DNA of 64,000 nucleotides from Escherichia coli (GTDB lineage Bacteria; Pseudomonadota; Gammaproteobacteria; Enterobacterales; Enterobacteriaceae): NCBI RefSeq assembly GCF_036507355.1, contig NZ_AP027877.1; one strand, 5' to 3'. Shown piece by piece: positions 1 to 10,923 of this stretch (position 1 is its first letter; each line of letters starts with the position of its first letter). The notes under the pieces were generated by a model. It saw only the letters and a program-made list of their open reading frames with translations, ran no database searches and was not told where the DNA came from. The position numbers and the translations under genes were made by a program.

Positions 1-1
1 A

Positions 2-667
2 AATCAAACCTTGCAGCACTACAGTACTGAACATAACTCTATTGCTGAGACTTTTAATTTGTCTGTGTGGCCGTTGGTTGCCGTTTTGCTGGTGATAACG
101 CTCTGGGTGGTGATGAAAGAGTTGAAGAAGCCAAAACTGAAAGTCGCGACCTTACCGCCGCGCCGAACCGGGATCGCTCATATTCTGTTTGAAAAACGCT
201 GGCATCCCTTTGTCACTGCTGTACTCATCGGTTTGATTGCGCTTTTAGCCTGGCCCCTGAGTGAAGCAACCGGACGCATGTTTGGGTTAGGAATCACTTC
301 CCCAACGGCCAATATTCTGCAATTTCTGGTCGCGGGTGACGTGAAATACATTAACTGGGGCGTTTTCCTGGTGTTAGGGATCTTCGTGGGGTCATTTATT
401 GCAGCCAAAGCGAGCCGTGAGTTCCGCGTTCGCGCAGCTGATGCACGAACAACAGTACGTAGCGGGTTAGGTGGTGTACTGATGGGCTTCGGTGCCAGTA
501 TTGCAGGTGGTTGCTCTATCGGTAATGGACTGGTTATGACTGCAATGATGACCTGGCAGGGCTGGATTGGCCTTGTATTTATGATTCTCGGAGTCTGGAC
601 TGCGTCCTGGCTTGTGTATGTTCGACCGCAGCGTAAGGCGCGACTGGCAACTGCTGCGGCAAATTAA
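2..667 (+). CDS. yeeE: YeeE/YedE-family inner-membrane transporter, 5' end outside window
   Basis: ORF 11..667 stays open to the window start; multi-TM hydrophobic sequence; directly followed by yeeD as in K-12. Confidence 0.85.
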   Translation, partial: NQTLQHYSTEHNSIAETFNLSVWPLVAVLLVITLWVVMKELKKPKLKVATLPPRRTGIAHILFEKRWHPFVTAVLIGLIALLAWPLSEATGRMFGLGITSPTANILQFLVAGDVKYINWGVFLVLGIFVGSFIAAKASREFRVRAADARTTVRSGLGGVLMGFGASIAGGCSIGNGLVMTAMMTWQGWIGLVFMILGVWTASWLVYVRPQRKARLATAAAN

Positions 668-680
668 GTAAGGTGTAAAG

Positions 681-908
681 ATGGCGATTAAAAAGCTGGA
701 TGTGGTGACGCAGGTCTGTCCGTTTCCACTCATAGAAGCAAAAGCAGCACTGGCAGAAATGGCCAGCGGCGATGAGTTGGTAATTGAGTTTGATTGCACC
801 CAGGCAACAGAAGCAATCCCACAATGGGCGGCAGAAGAAGGACATGCCATCACCGATTATCAGCAGATTGGCGATGCTGCGTGGAGCATCACCGTTCAAA
901 AAGCCTGA
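681..908 (+). CDS. yeeD: TusA-like sulfur carrier protein
   Basis: 75 aa with CPxP motif (VTQVCPFPLIEAK); synteny with yeeE and sbcB. Confidence 0.9.
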   Translation: MAIKKLDVVTQVCPFPLIEAKAALAEMASGDELVIEFDCTQATEAIPQWAAEEGHAITDYQQIGDAAWSITVQKA

Positions 909-950
909 CCCAACATTGTCCTCCGCCGTACCAGCGGCGGAGGCTTCAAA

Positions 951-2375
951 TTAGACAATCTCTTCCGCGTACTGCCAAAGCGCTTTTAACAGCGCCACTT
1001 TTTCTTTATCGTCGGCATACTGCTGCGCCAGCATCTGAATCTCTTCTGCATAGCCTTGTAAAAACACGGGTGTGAATACCTGGCGGCGGTGTTCCAGCCA
1101 GCGTTGCTGCTCGGCATAATCCAGCGTCCCCGGGAAGTTGCGCGCCCGATAATTGAACAACAGCTTTTCAATCCGTTTATCGACAAAAGTGATATCCAGT
1201 GCCGGTAAATTACGTGGCTCGGTTTCCAGCACAATTTTCATTGCTGCACGATCGGCGTCACTGAAAAAGCCGTTATAAAGCTGTGCATCCACGTTATCTG
1301 AAGGCGTAAACGGTTCGGCTTCCGCGAATATCGCCACCACTTTTTCGCGCACTTGCGGATTTTCACGCAGAATTTTCAGGTTATCGAGGCAATGCTGACG
1401 ATTAATTCCCAGTCGGTCGGCATCTTCCGGGCGTAGCGTATTCGCCTGGGCCAGCACCGGACATTTATTGATATGCACCAGCTTAACCGGAACGGCGGCG
1501 TTATCGCCAAGATCGGTTTTTGCGGTATATAAACGCTCGCGCAATGTGTCGCTATCCAGTTCCAGTAATGGCGAAATGTCTCCTGCCAAATCCACCATAA
1601 TTACGGCATTGCGATTTTCAGGATGCCACGCCAGCGGTGCCACCCAGCTGGTATTGCCGCGCCATGCCCCAAACATTCCGGAAACGTGAACCAGGGGTTT
1701 CATCTGCGGAACATCAATCAACGCCATCAGTTTGTGTTTATTGCGATGGGTAAAGAGATAATCAAACAGGCGTGGCTGACGCGTTTTTACCAGCTTTGCC
1801 ATCGCAATAGTGGCGTACACATCAGCCATCGCATCGTGGGCGTTGCTATGTTCAATTCCATTCGCTTTGGTTAAATGCTCAAGGCGAAAGCTCGGTAGAC
1901 CGTCATCATTTTCAGGCCAGTTTATTCCTTCCGGGCGCAGGGCATAACAGGCACGCATAACATCAAGTAAATCCCAGCGCGAGTTATCATGCTGCCAGCT
2001 CCAGGCGTAAGGATCGTAGAAATTACGATAAAAAATGTTGCGTGTGACTTCGTCGTCGAAACGCACATTGTTGTAGCCCAGAATACAGGTCTTCGGTACG
2101 GTAAAAAGCGAGTGAATACGGGCGGTAAACGCGGCTTCGTTTTCTCCTTTCGCCCGTGCTTCCTGCGGGGTAATACCGGTAATTAATATGGCTCCAGGCT
2201 GGGGTAAATAGTCATCCGCAGGCTTGCAGTAAAAGACTTCGGGTTCGCCGATGACATTGAATTCGCTATCGGTGCGAATGGCTGCGAACTGTGCAGGGCG
2301 ATCTAACGCGGGGTGCGTGCCAAAGGTTTCGTAATCGTGAAAGAGGAAGGTAGGTTGTTTATCTGTGTCTGTCAT
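951..2375 (-). CDS. sbcB: Exodeoxyribonuclease I
   Basis: 474-aa ORF recognised as SbcB; conserved position next to yeeD. Confidence 0.95.
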   Translation of the reverse strand: MTDTDKQPTFLFHDYETFGTHPALDRPAQFAAIRTDSEFNVIGEPEVFYCKPADDYLPQPGAILITGITPQEARAKGENEAAFTARIHSLFTVPKTCILGYNNVRFDDEVTRNIFYRNFYDPYAWSWQHDNSRWDLLDVMRACYALRPEGINWPENDDGLPSFRLEHLTKANGIEHSNAHDAMADVYATIAMAKLVKTRQPRLFDYLFTHRNKHKLMALIDVPQMKPLVHVSGMFGAWRGNTSWVAPLAWHPENRNAVIMVDLAGDISPLLELDSDTLRERLYTAKTDLGDNAAVPVKLVHINKCPVLAQANTLRPEDADRLGINRQHCLDNLKILRENPQVREKVVAIFAEAEPFTPSDNVDAQLYNGFFSDADRAAMKIVLETEPRNLPALDITFVDKRIEKLLFNYRARNFPGTLDYAEQQRWLEHRRQVFTPVFLQGYAEEIQMLAQQYADDKEKVALLKALWQYAEEIV

Positions 2376-2503
2376 TGTCTATCATTGTCCACTGTAGTTA
2401 ATTAACTGTCTGTTATAACTCGAAAAACAACCCTTTTTTCACCTGAGTATGTCTACGAACGTCAAATATAGTTGTTTACTGTGCGCTGTTGTCCATGTGA
2501 TAT

Positions 2504-2530
2504 TGTGTACCAGATGTGTACCAAACTATT
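2504..2530. repeat. Left boundary repeat of gtr prophage remnant (putative att site), contains GYGTACCAAA motifs
   Basis: tgtgtaccagatgtgtaccaaactatt here versus tgtgtaccaaattgcgtaccaaactaa at 6974..7000 (about 22 of 26 identical with one gap). Confidence 0.5.
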
Positions 2531-2556
2531 ATTTCTGAGCGTACCAAATATTATTT

Positions 2557-2853
2557 ATGGCTATAAGCGACACAAAACTGCGTACTATTTATGGTAAACC
2601 ATATTCGGGCCCACAAGAAGTGGCTGATGCCGATGGCCTCAGCGTACGAATTTCACCGAAGGGGGTCATCCAGTTCCAGTACCGCTATCGCTGGCATGGC
2701 AAGCCTAATCGACTTGGGCTTGGTCGATACCCATCCCTGTCTTTGAAGGATGCCAGACAGATCACTGCTGACTTGCGAAAGCTCTATTTCTCAGGAACGG
2801 ATCCACGCACCTATTTTGAAGAGAAGGTGGAGAACTCCATGACGGTACGTTAA
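2557..2853 (+). pseudogene. P4/P22-type tyrosine integrase, N-terminal arm-binding domain only (truncated)
   Basis: 98-aa ORF resembling integrase N-termini (compare intact integrase at 23789..25066); no catalytic domain follows. Confidence 0.6.
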
Positions 2854-2902
2854 TTTCTTCCGGTGTGAGCGTTGGGGAAGTCCATTCCTTGGGCGCGCGG
2901 AT

Positions 2903-3739
2903 TTGAATACTGTGGAGTTCATCAGTGAAGCACCTAAGTTTCTTATGTGTTTCAGTTCTAATTCACCTATAGACGTATGGGACACCGCTGATTTATTTAT
3001 TAGTGAATGCTCAATGTTTGCTGGAGATTTTGCGGTAAGAACACGCACAACACTTGGTGGGATGGGTGGAACAGACCAATTCGCGGGTTATCCGGTTATA
3101 ATTTCAAATAGCGTTTTTGATGCCATCAACGGTACTGCTTTTGATATGGAGAGTCTAGCTTACGCTACCATCAGCGGTAACATTATTAGTGCAGGGAGGA
3201 TAAACAATAGTCGTGGAATTAATATTAAAGGGGCAAGAAACCTAACATTTACAGGAAACACTATCACTTACTGTGGTGAGTTCGGCATGGTATTGGAAAA
3301 TGCTGAACAATGTTCTTTGTCTAATAATATATTCAACGGAAATAAGACTGGTGGGCTATCGTTGGTAAACTGTAAAGAAATATCTGTTATTGGCGGCTCT
3401 ATGGGTACGTCTTATATCAAAGGTGGGTACTACGTGCAACCACTTGGGATCACAGACCCTGCTGATAACTGTAACGGCATAACCATCAATGGCGTTTCTT
3501 TCGATAGCGATATGACAACCAAGATTTACCTTAATACATCGGAAGAGCGCAAAAACCGTATTATAGCTTGTCTAGGTGTTAATGATACTCAGACGACTTA
3601 TCAAAACCGTGGATCTACTGCGCAGCGCCCTACAGCACCAGTCAGTGGGCAGATGTATTATGATACAACGCTAGGTCTTCCAATATGGTATAACACAGTA
3701 TCATCTGAATGGAAGAGGGCGGATGGTACAAGTGTATGA
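2903..3739 (+). CDS. Phage tail fibre / tailspike-like protein, probable C-terminal remnant
   Basis: 278 aa with G/N/T-rich beta-helix-like repeats (NNIFNGNKTGGLSLVN, ITINGVSF) and tail-fibre-like C-terminal motif (YYDTTLGLPIWYN); lies between integrase fragment and gtrC as in P22-like phages. Confidence 0.5.
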   Translation: MNTVEFISEAPKFLMCFSSNSPIDVWDTADLFISECSMFAGDFAVRTRTTLGGMGGTDQFAGYPVIISNSVFDAINGTAFDMESLAYATISGNIISAGRINNSRGINIKGARNLTFTGNTITYCGEFGMVLENAEQCSLSNNIFNGNKTGGLSLVNCKEISVIGGSMGTSYIKGGYYVQPLGITDPADNCNGITINGVSFDSDMTTKIYLNTSEERKNRIIACLGVNDTQTTYQNRGSTAQRPTAPVSGQMYYDTTLGLPIWYNTVSSEWKRADGTSV

Positions 3740-3770
3740 TAATGCGGGTGCTTAGCACCCGCTTATTTAA

Positions 3771-5237
3771 TTAATTGCAGTTGAATGTAATGTTTTTATC
3801 GTAAACAAAAATCTTCTTATCTCCGACGTCAATAACCTTTGATGGATTACCAATCTCTTTAATTGTTATATTTCTCATAACCTCATCATCTGTAATTATG
3901 AAATTTCCTCCGCGCTCATACCAATAGTTTTTTGACAACCATTTATTGCATGCAAGTATATTCAAACCTCGGTTTACATCAATCGGAGCAATTGATATGT
4001 CTCCATCTATACTTGCTGATGAAGCAAACCAGAAAGATGCATACCCGTTTGTGAGGTTATTCTGCCTTACAGTGTGTTTTATCTGATTTATAATATCATT
4101 AGAATTGTCTTTTTTTTCATGCATATAAATAGAACAAAAGAGAATAAATGTTGTAACAACCCCTAATGCGATGAATTTCCACCCTCTGGAGTTGTTAGAT
4201 CTGCCAATAACAACAGGTGCTAGTATAAAAAATGGAACGATATATCTTATAGTCCATTCATCTATTGGACGGTTACTTGCAAGGTATGCTGGTATCATTA
4301 TAATACAAGCTATACATATAGCCATATTGACCATGGAGGTTTTGAATATTTCCTTTACTGACATTGCAACTAATATAAGAAGTAAAATCATTACAACAAA
4401 ACAAAAAACAGAAATAAGCGCTGTAATATCAGAAGGTGGTTTGCCAAAGAAGAAAGCTCCACTGTATAGGAGGAATCCTTTTACGAATAAGTATAAATTA
4501 TTCAGGATATCATCAAATGCAACAAATGTTGGATCTGGAACGCCTGGCAAAATGTACCAGTTATGAGCTCTTGCGTACATGGTCATAATTTTTGATGCAA
4601 CATATGCAAATATAGTTGCAACTAGTATGATCAGATTTTTTTGGCTTTTGGTTTTTACTATAAAAATCACTGATGATATTGCTACTGGTGCAATAATGAG
4701 TAGCTTTATGATGTCATCACTGAAACAAGCTAGAACTAACACTAAAATATAAAGAGATAGAGAAATTAACGATCTTGTTTTGGAAAAATTGTCTAACATT
4801 ATGAAGCAAAACAACATGGATACATATGTGCCGACATGTATCACAGGTATTAATACGTTTAATACTGCAAACCCAGAAGGCAGCGCAACGCAAAATGAAA
4901 TGGCCCATAACGATGAAAGCCTTTCTTTTGAAAGATAAAATGTCATCAATGTAACCATTGAATACATAATTGCCGGTATGCAGTATGCTTGGTACTGTCC
5001 GTACCAGAATACCTTTGAAGCAAGTCCGTACCATATTATGTCTGTAAAATAGAATGATACTGTAGAGAGATACCATCCACTAAGCGTCCAATTTCCGTCC
5101 GCAATGTCCTTACCCTCAAGAAGTCCAGAAACAGCATCCGAACTTGGCAAAATCTGTTTTGAAATCGAGGCGTAGAAGAAAGTCAAGAATATAAATCCAA
5201 TGATATATATGGCTGTTTTTTTTATATTTAAAGTCAT
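3771..5237 (-). CDS. GtrC-like serotype-specific O-antigen glucosyltransferase (polytopic membrane protein)
   Basis: 488-aa highly hydrophobic ORF immediately downstream of gtrB; AT-rich codon usage typical of horizontally acquired gtrC. Confidence 0.7.
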   Translation of the reverse strand: MTLNIKKTAIYIIGFIFLTFFYASISKQILPSSDAVSGLLEGKDIADGNWTLSGWYLSTVSFYFTDIIWYGLASKVFWYGQYQAYCIPAIMYSMVTLMTFYLSKERLSSLWAISFCVALPSGFAVLNVLIPVIHVGTYVSMLFCFIMLDNFSKTRSLISLSLYILVLVLACFSDDIIKLLIIAPVAISSVIFIVKTKSQKNLIILVATIFAYVASKIMTMYARAHNWYILPGVPDPTFVAFDDILNNLYLFVKGFLLYSGAFFFGKPPSDITALISVFCFVVMILLLILVAMSVKEIFKTSMVNMAICIACIIMIPAYLASNRPIDEWTIRYIVPFFILAPVVIGRSNNSRGWKFIALGVVTTFILFCSIYMHEKKDNSNDIINQIKHTVRQNNLTNGYASFWFASSASIDGDISIAPIDVNRGLNILACNKWLSKNYWYERGGNFIITDDEVMRNITIKEIGNPSKVIDVGDKKIFVYDKNITFNCN

Positions 5238-5238
5238 T

Positions 5239-6153
5239 TTACTTATCCTTTAGAATGTATCTTGGTCGTTGCTTAACTTCAACATAAATTCTTCCTATAT
5301 ACTCTCCAAGAACTCCTATGCCTATTAACTGAACTCCACCAAGAAACAATATTGATACAATGATAGAAGGGTAACCTGGAACACTATTTCCAAACATCAA
5401 TTTATCAGCAATCATCCATGTTCCATAAAGGAATGATAAGGTTGCCACAAACAGGCCTATATAAGTCCACATGCGCAAAGGGAAAGTAGAAAAGCTAGTG
5501 ATCCCTTCCAGCGCTAAGTTCCAGAGCTTCCATCCATTGAACTTTGTGCTTCCTGCAACGCGTTCTGCTCGCGCATATTCTACGACATCGGTTCGACCAC
5601 CAACCCAGCTCAGCACACCCTTCATAAACAGGTTTCGTTCTGGCATGAGCTTAATGTTTTCTACTACTTCGCGAGACATGAGCCGGAAGTCGCCAACATT
5701 TTCTTCTATCTTAGGGTTGCTGATTTTGTTATGAAGCTTATAGAACCACTCAGCAGATTTACGCTTCAGCCTGCTGTCAGTGGAGCGGTCAGAGCGTTTA
5801 GCCAGAACCATATCTGCACCGGCCTGCCATTTCTCTATCAAGTGAGGAATAACTTCGATAGGGTCTTGCAGATCAACGTCAATCGGGATAATTGCCTCCC
5901 CGGTAGCATGGTCCAGGCCTGCGAACAGGGCGGGTTCTTTGCCGAAGTTACGTGTGAACGACAGCGAAACAACAAGCGGGTCGGCAACAGCAAGCTCGTT
6001 GATAATTGATTCTGTAGCGTCTTTGCTGCCATCGTTTATGAAGACTATCTCGACTTCATGCTGCTGAAGCCCTTCAAATTCGCGCACGGTTTTATAAAAA
6101 ATAGGTATCGTGGCCTCTTCGTTAAAGACCGGAACGACTAAAGAAATTTTCAT
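5239..6153 (-). CDS. gtrB: Bactoprenol glucosyltransferase (GT2 family)
   Basis: 304 aa; N-terminal GT2 signature ([19 protein letters not shown]) and two C-terminal TM helices; 4-bp overlap with gtrA. Confidence 0.85.
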   Translation of the reverse strand: MKISLVVPVFNEEATIPIFYKTVREFEGLQQHEVEIVFINDGSKDATESIINELAVADPLVVSLSFTRNFGKEPALFAGLDHATGEAIIPIDVDLQDPIEVIPHLIEKWQAGADMVLAKRSDRSTDSRLKRKSAEWFYKLHNKISNPKIEENVGDFRLMSREVVENIKLMPERNLFMKGVLSWVGGRTDVVEYARAERVAGSTKFNGWKLWNLALEGITSFSTFPLRMWTYIGLFVATLSFLYGTWMIADKLMFGNSVPGYPSIIVSILFLGGVQLIGIGVLGEYIGRIYVEVKQRPRYILKDK

Positions 6154-6512
6154 TTCGCATCCCTAAAGACAATGAACTTTGAATAGACGAAACCGCACAC
6201 CAGGCTGATGGCGGAGAAGGTGATAAGAGTGACAATTGGAGGAAGTGAACATCTATCAGCAGCCCATCCAACAGTAGCACTGAGTGTTCCCATGAACCCG
6301 ACATATAACATGTAGCGCATCGTTGTAGTTGATGCTTTGAATGTGAATTTTGCATTCGCGAAGAAGCTAAAACTCACAGCCACAACAAAACCTGCGAAGT
6401 TTGCCAGAGCCTGATTGGTATGCGCGGCATAGATACAAACACCAAAAACCACCCAGTGTATAAGGGTGTTCAGCACACCAATAGAGGTGTACTTTGCAAA
6501 TAGCTTTAACAT
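6150..6512 (-). CDS. gtrA: GtrA-family flippase subunit
   Basis: 120-aa four-TM protein heading the gtrA-gtrB-gtrC operon. Confidence 0.8.
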   Translation of the reverse strand: MLKLFAKYTSIGVLNTLIHWVVFGVCIYAAHTNQALANFAGFVVAVSFSFFANAKFTFKASTTTMRYMLYVGFMGTLSATVGWAADRCSLPPIVTLITFSAISLVCGFVYSKFIVFRDAK

Positions 6513-6973
6513 TTCTTCTATCAGCTAATAATCAAAGGCATGAAGTCTATCATCCAAGTCTCAATCGATCGATACTTGCTGTAATTGCTGAGACAAAACT
6601 GAGACAAACAAAGCTTTGCACTGGTTTGCAAGTCTTTGTGTCATTCGATAGTTAAGGTGGATCCCTCCACCTTTTCATCAAGCCAATCCGCCCACCACTG
6701 CATCATTTCTCTGCGCTTAACGTAGCGGATGCCTCACTATCACACGGTGATGGTTCATTACTGCTTTGTAGAATGGATAGAGAACTGAGGATTAAAAGAT
6801 ATCCCAAAACCCCAAAATCTCATCTTTAGGATTTGCAGAAAGGGAGGCGTGAACAGATACCTGCGCATGAAGACGGAACTAGTCCAGATGTGATATTTGT
6901 GGTGATCACATACATCATCAACGATGCTCGTTATGGTGAGTTTGATGACTACCCGATGAAGTGAAAATTGTGT

Positions 6974-7000
6974 TGTGTACCAAATTGCGTACCAAACTAA
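6974..7000. repeat. Right boundary repeat of gtr prophage remnant (putative att site)
   Basis: Imperfect direct repeat of 2504..2530. Confidence 0.5.
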
Positions 7001-7301
7001 AATTACAAATCATGAAACCCTTGTTCATGGCGGTTCTCAGGGGTGTTGCGCGTAATCGTGAAACAAAAAGGTAGATTGTTGCTTACCGTCATTCATCATT
7101 AGGTTAAATCCGTTATTTCTGCTGTCTGCCAGAGTATCAAATATCACCGTACTAATCAGCTTTAGCGCCACAATTTGGCAGCGAGTGGCAATAGATCATG
7201 TCAGATAAAAATGAGAGGGTAGTCACATTTTCTTGCACTTTATTCCAGCCAGTTCATAAGTATTTCCGTAAAAAGAACAGCTATTTGAAACTCCTGAGGG
7301 T

Positions 7302-8474
7302 TTGCTGTTGAAACGCCGTCTTATTATTGCTGCTTCTTTGTTCGTTTTTAACTTATCGTCTGGTTTTGCGGCGGAAAACATTCCTTTTTCACCTCAGCCT
7401 CCAGAGATTCATGCCGGGTCCTGGGTACTGATGGATTACACCACCGGACAGATCCTCACCGCGGGTAATGAGCATCAACAGCGCAATCCTGCCAGCCTGA
7501 CAAAGCTGATGACGGGTTATGTCGTGGATCGCGCTATCGATAGTCATCGCATTACGCCAGACGATATTGTCACCGTGGGGCGCGATGCGTGGGCGAAAGA
7601 TAATCCGGTGTTTGTCGGTTCTTCACTGATGTTTTTGAAAGAGGGCGATCGCGTATCGGTACGTGATTTAAGCCGTGGTTTAATTGTTGATTCCGGAAAT
7701 GACGCTTGTGTTGCACTGGCTGACTATATTGCCGGTGGGCAACGGCAGTTTGTTGAAATGATGAACAACTATGTCGAGAAGCTGCATCTCAAGGATACGC
7801 ATTTTGAAACAGTGCATGGCCTGGATGCGCCAGGTCAGCATAGCTCGGCTTATGATTTAGCTGTGCTTTCTCGCGCTATCATCCACGGCGAGCCCGAGTT
7901 TTATCATATGTACAGTGAGAAAAGTCTCACCTGGAACGGTATCACCCAGCAAAACCGTAACGGGTTGTTGTGGGATAAAACCATGAATGTTGACGGCCTG
8001 AAAACGGGTCATACTTCTGGTGCCGGGTTTAATCTCATTGCTTCGGCTGTAGATGGGCAGCGTCGTCTCATTGCAGTGGTAATGGGGGCTGACAGTGCAA
8101 AAGGTCGTGAGGAAGAGGCAAGAAAATTACTGCGTTGGGGGCAACAAAACTTTACTACGGTGCAAATTTTGCACCGTGGGAAAAAGGTCGGAACGGAACG
8201 CATCTGGTATGGCGATAAAGAAAATATCGACCTGGGAACGGAACAAGAGTTCTGGATGGTGCTACCGAAAGCCGAAATTCCACATATCAAAGCCAAATAT
8301 ACCCTTGATGGTAAAGAGCTCACCGCGCCAATTAGCGCCCATCAGCGGGTAGGGGAAATTGAACTTTACGACCGTGATAAACAGGTGGCGCACTGGCCGC
8401 TGGTTACCCTGGAATCTGTCGGGGAAGGCAGCATGTTTTCTCGCCTGAGTGATTATTTCCACCATAAGGCCTGA
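7302..8474 (+). CDS. dacD: D-alanyl-D-alanine carboxypeptidase (PBP6b)
   Basis: 390-aa ORF with signal peptide and SxxK motif (ASLTKLMT). Confidence 0.9.
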   Translation: MLLKRRLIIAASLFVFNLSSGFAAENIPFSPQPPEIHAGSWVLMDYTTGQILTAGNEHQQRNPASLTKLMTGYVVDRAIDSHRITPDDIVTVGRDAWAKDNPVFVGSSLMFLKEGDRVSVRDLSRGLIVDSGNDACVALADYIAGGQRQFVEMMNNYVEKLHLKDTHFETVHGLDAPGQHSSAYDLAVLSRAIIHGEPEFYHMYSEKSLTWNGITQQNRNGLLWDKTMNVDGLKTGHTSGAGFNLIASAVDGQRRLIAVVMGADSAKGREEEARKLLRWGQQNFTTVQILHRGKKVGTERIWYGDKENIDLGTEQEFWMVLPKAEIPHIKAKYTLDGKELTAPISAHQRVGEIELYDRDKQVAHWPLVTLESVGEGSMFSRLSDYFHHKA

Positions 8475-8558
8475 CCTTTCTTTTGCAGCAGACTGGCAGG
8501 AGTGCGAGTCTGCTCGCATAATCAACACTCATTCCTTGTGGTTTTAATATTACAACTA

Positions 8559-8578
8559 TACTGTATATAAAAACAGTA
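8559..8578. promoter_or_regulatory. LexA (SOS) box upstream of sbmC
   Basis: TACTGTATATAAAAACAGTA matches CTGT-N8-ACAG consensus, 15 bp upstream of sbmC start. Confidence 0.8.
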
Positions 8579-8592
8579 TTAATGGAGGCGTC

Positions 8593-9066
8593 ATGAACTA
8601 CGAGATTAAGCAGGAAGATAAACGTACCGTTGCAGGTTTCCATCTCGTTGGCCCCTGGGAACAGACGGTAAAGAAAGGTTTTGAGCAGTTGATGATGTGG
8701 GTAGATAGTAAAAATATTGTGCCGAAGGAGTGGGTTGCTGTCTATTACGACAATCCAGATGAAACACCCGCCGAAAAATTACGCTGCGACACCGTTGTGA
8801 CGGTACCGAATAACTTTACGCTTCCCGAAAACAGTGAGGGCGTCATTCTGACAGAAATTTCAGGTGGTCAGTATGCGGTGGCGGTGGCTCGTGTAGTCGG
8901 TGATGATTTTGCTAAACCCTGGTATCAGTTCTTTAATAGCCTCTTGCAGGACAGTGCTTATGAAATGTTACCAAAGCCCTGTTTCGAGGTTTATTTGAAC
9001 AATGGCGCGGAAGATGGGTACTGGGATATCGAAATGTATGTTGCGGTGCAGCCAAAACATCACTAA
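8593..9066 (+). CDS. sbmC: DNA gyrase inhibitor
   Basis: 157-aa ORF recognised as SbmC/GyrI. Confidence 0.95.
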   Translation: MNYEIKQEDKRTVAGFHLVGPWEQTVKKGFEQLMMWVDSKNIVPKEWVAVYYDNPDETPAEKLRCDTVVTVPNNFTLPENSEGVILTEISGGQYAVAVARVVGDDFAKPWYQFFNSLLQDSAYEMLPKPCFEVYLNNGAEDGYWDIEMYVAVQPKHH

Positions 9067-9263
9067 TTCATCTCAGGGCGGTGTGTTAACGCGATGACCA
9101 CTCTTTTTTTGAAAGCGAAAAGAGTAAGATGCGCCTTTCAAATTTTTCGCTCCTGCCGGGAAATTACACTGTTCCCGGTATGTCAGTCGGATAACTCAGA
9201 GGCGCGCCTTCTGGCCGACAGATGTGTTATGAGCGCTTTTAATCTTCATTACGGAGTTTCTGC

Positions 9264-10322
9264 GTGCGTGCCGATAAGTCATTAAGCCCGTTTGAAATCC
9301 GGGTATACCGCCATTACCGCATTGTGCATGGTACTCGGGTCGCGCTGGCATTCCTGCTCACTTTTCTCATTATCCGCCTGTTTACTATCCCGGAAAGCAC
9401 CTGGCCGCTGGTCACCATGGTGGTGATTATGGGGCCAATCTCGTTCTGGGGTAACGTTGTCCCTCGCGCCTTCGAACGTATTGGCGGTACGGTGTTGGGT
9501 TCGATTTTAGGTCTTATCGCTCTGCAACTGGAGTTAATTTCGTTACCGCTGATGTTAGTCTGGTGCGCGGCGGCTATGTTTCTTTGCGGTTGGCTGGCGC
9601 TGGGCAAGAAACCGTATCAAGGATTATTGATTGGGGTGACGCTGGCAATTGTTGTGGGTTCCCCTACAGGTGAAATTGATACGGCGTTATGGCGAAGCGG
9701 CGATGTGATCCTCGGCTCTTTACTGGCAATGTTGTTTACCGGTATCTGGCCACAACGGGCGTTCATCCACTGGCGTATTCAACTGGCGAAAAGTCTGACC
9801 GAGTATAATCGGGTCTATCAATCTGCATTCTCACCGAACTTACTCGAACGCCCACATCTGGAAAGCCATCTACAAAAACTCTTGACCGATGCCGTGAAAA
9901 TGCGTGGGCTGATTGCGCCCGCCAGCAAAGAAACTCGTATTCCAAAATCGATATATGAAGGTATCCAGACCATTAATCGCAATCTGGTTTGTATGCTGGA
10001 GTTGCAAATCAATGCGTACTGGGCCACGCGCCCCAGCCATTTCGTGTTATTGAACGCGCAAAAACTTCGTGATACCCAGCACATGATGCAGCAAATACTG
10101 CTGAGCCTTGTTCATGCGCTGTACGAAGGTAATCCGCAGCCGGTTTTTGCCAATACGGAAAAATTGAACGATGCTGTGGAAGAGCTGCGTCAGTTGCTCA
10201 ATAACCACCATGACCTGAAGGTAGTGGAAACACCAATCTATGGTTATGTGTGGCTGAACATGGAGACGGCACATCAGCTTGAGTTGCTATCGAATCTGAT
10301 TTGCCGGGCCTTGCGCAAATAA
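9264..10322 (+). CDS. yeeA: Inner-membrane protein YeeA (FUSC-like)
   Basis: 352-aa ORF, hydrophobic N-terminal half; synteny. Confidence 0.85.
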   Translation: MRADKSLSPFEIRVYRHYRIVHGTRVALAFLLTFLIIRLFTIPESTWPLVTMVVIMGPISFWGNVVPRAFERIGGTVLGSILGLIALQLELISLPLMLVWCAAAMFLCGWLALGKKPYQGLLIGVTLAIVVGSPTGEIDTALWRSGDVILGSLLAMLFTGIWPQRAFIHWRIQLAKSLTEYNRVYQSAFSPNLLERPHLESHLQKLLTDAVKMRGLIAPASKETRIPKSIYEGIQTINRNLVCMLELQINAYWATRPSHFVLLNAQKLRDTQHMMQQILLSLVHALYEGNPQPVFANTEKLNDAVEELRQLLNNHHDLKVVETPIYGYVWLNMETAHQLELLSNLICRALRK

Positions 10323-10493
10323 TTCCTGAACTTCAGAATCATCTTGCTGCTGCTTCGATTCAGCAAGGATAAAGGGTATGATAGTGAAAAGGGATAAAAG
10401 CATTGTCATCTGCGGCAGCTATGAGTAATGTTGGCCCTAACGAATAGCGGTTGCTTAAACGAATCCGACTCTCACATTATCAGGGGTATAAAA

Positions 10494-10823
10494 ATGGAAA
10501 CTACCAAGCCTTCATTCCAGGACGTACTGGAATTTGTTCGTCTGTTCCGTCGTAAGAACAAACTGCAACGTGAAATTCAGGACGTTGAGAAAAAGATCCG
10601 TGACAACCAGAAGCGCGTCCTGCTGCTGGACAACCTGAGCGATTACATCAAGCCGGGGATGAGCGTTGAAGCAATCCAGGGCATCATCGCCAGCATGAAA
10701 GGTGACTATGAAGATCGCGTTGACGATTACATTATCAAAAATGCCGAGCTCTCCAAAGAACGCCGCGATATCTCCAAAAAGCTGAAAGCTATGGGCGAAA
10801 TGAAAAACGGCGAAGCGAAGTAA
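10494..10823 (+). CDS. yeeX: DUF496 protein YeeX
   Basis: 109 aa from ATG 10494 (ORF track starts earlier at 10428); charged coiled-coil-like sequence. Confidence 0.85.
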   Translation: METTKPSFQDVLEFVRLFRRKNKLQREIQDVEKKIRDNQKRVLLLDNLSDYIKPGMSVEAIQGIIASMKGDYEDRVDDYIIKNAELSKERRDISKKLKAMGEMKNGEAK

Positions 10824-10840
10824 TTCCTGTTTTATTCAAT

Positions 10841-10861
10841 GAGGGTTGCCCGGCAACCCTC
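10841..10861 (+). terminator. Stem-loop terminator after yeeX
   Basis: Inverted repeat gagggttg / caaccctc followed by T-rich tract. Confidence 0.6.
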
Positions 10862-10923
10862 ATTGCTCATTGATTCTTTTCTGTGTATCACAGTCATCAT
10901 TCCCATCTGATAACCTATCGAAA

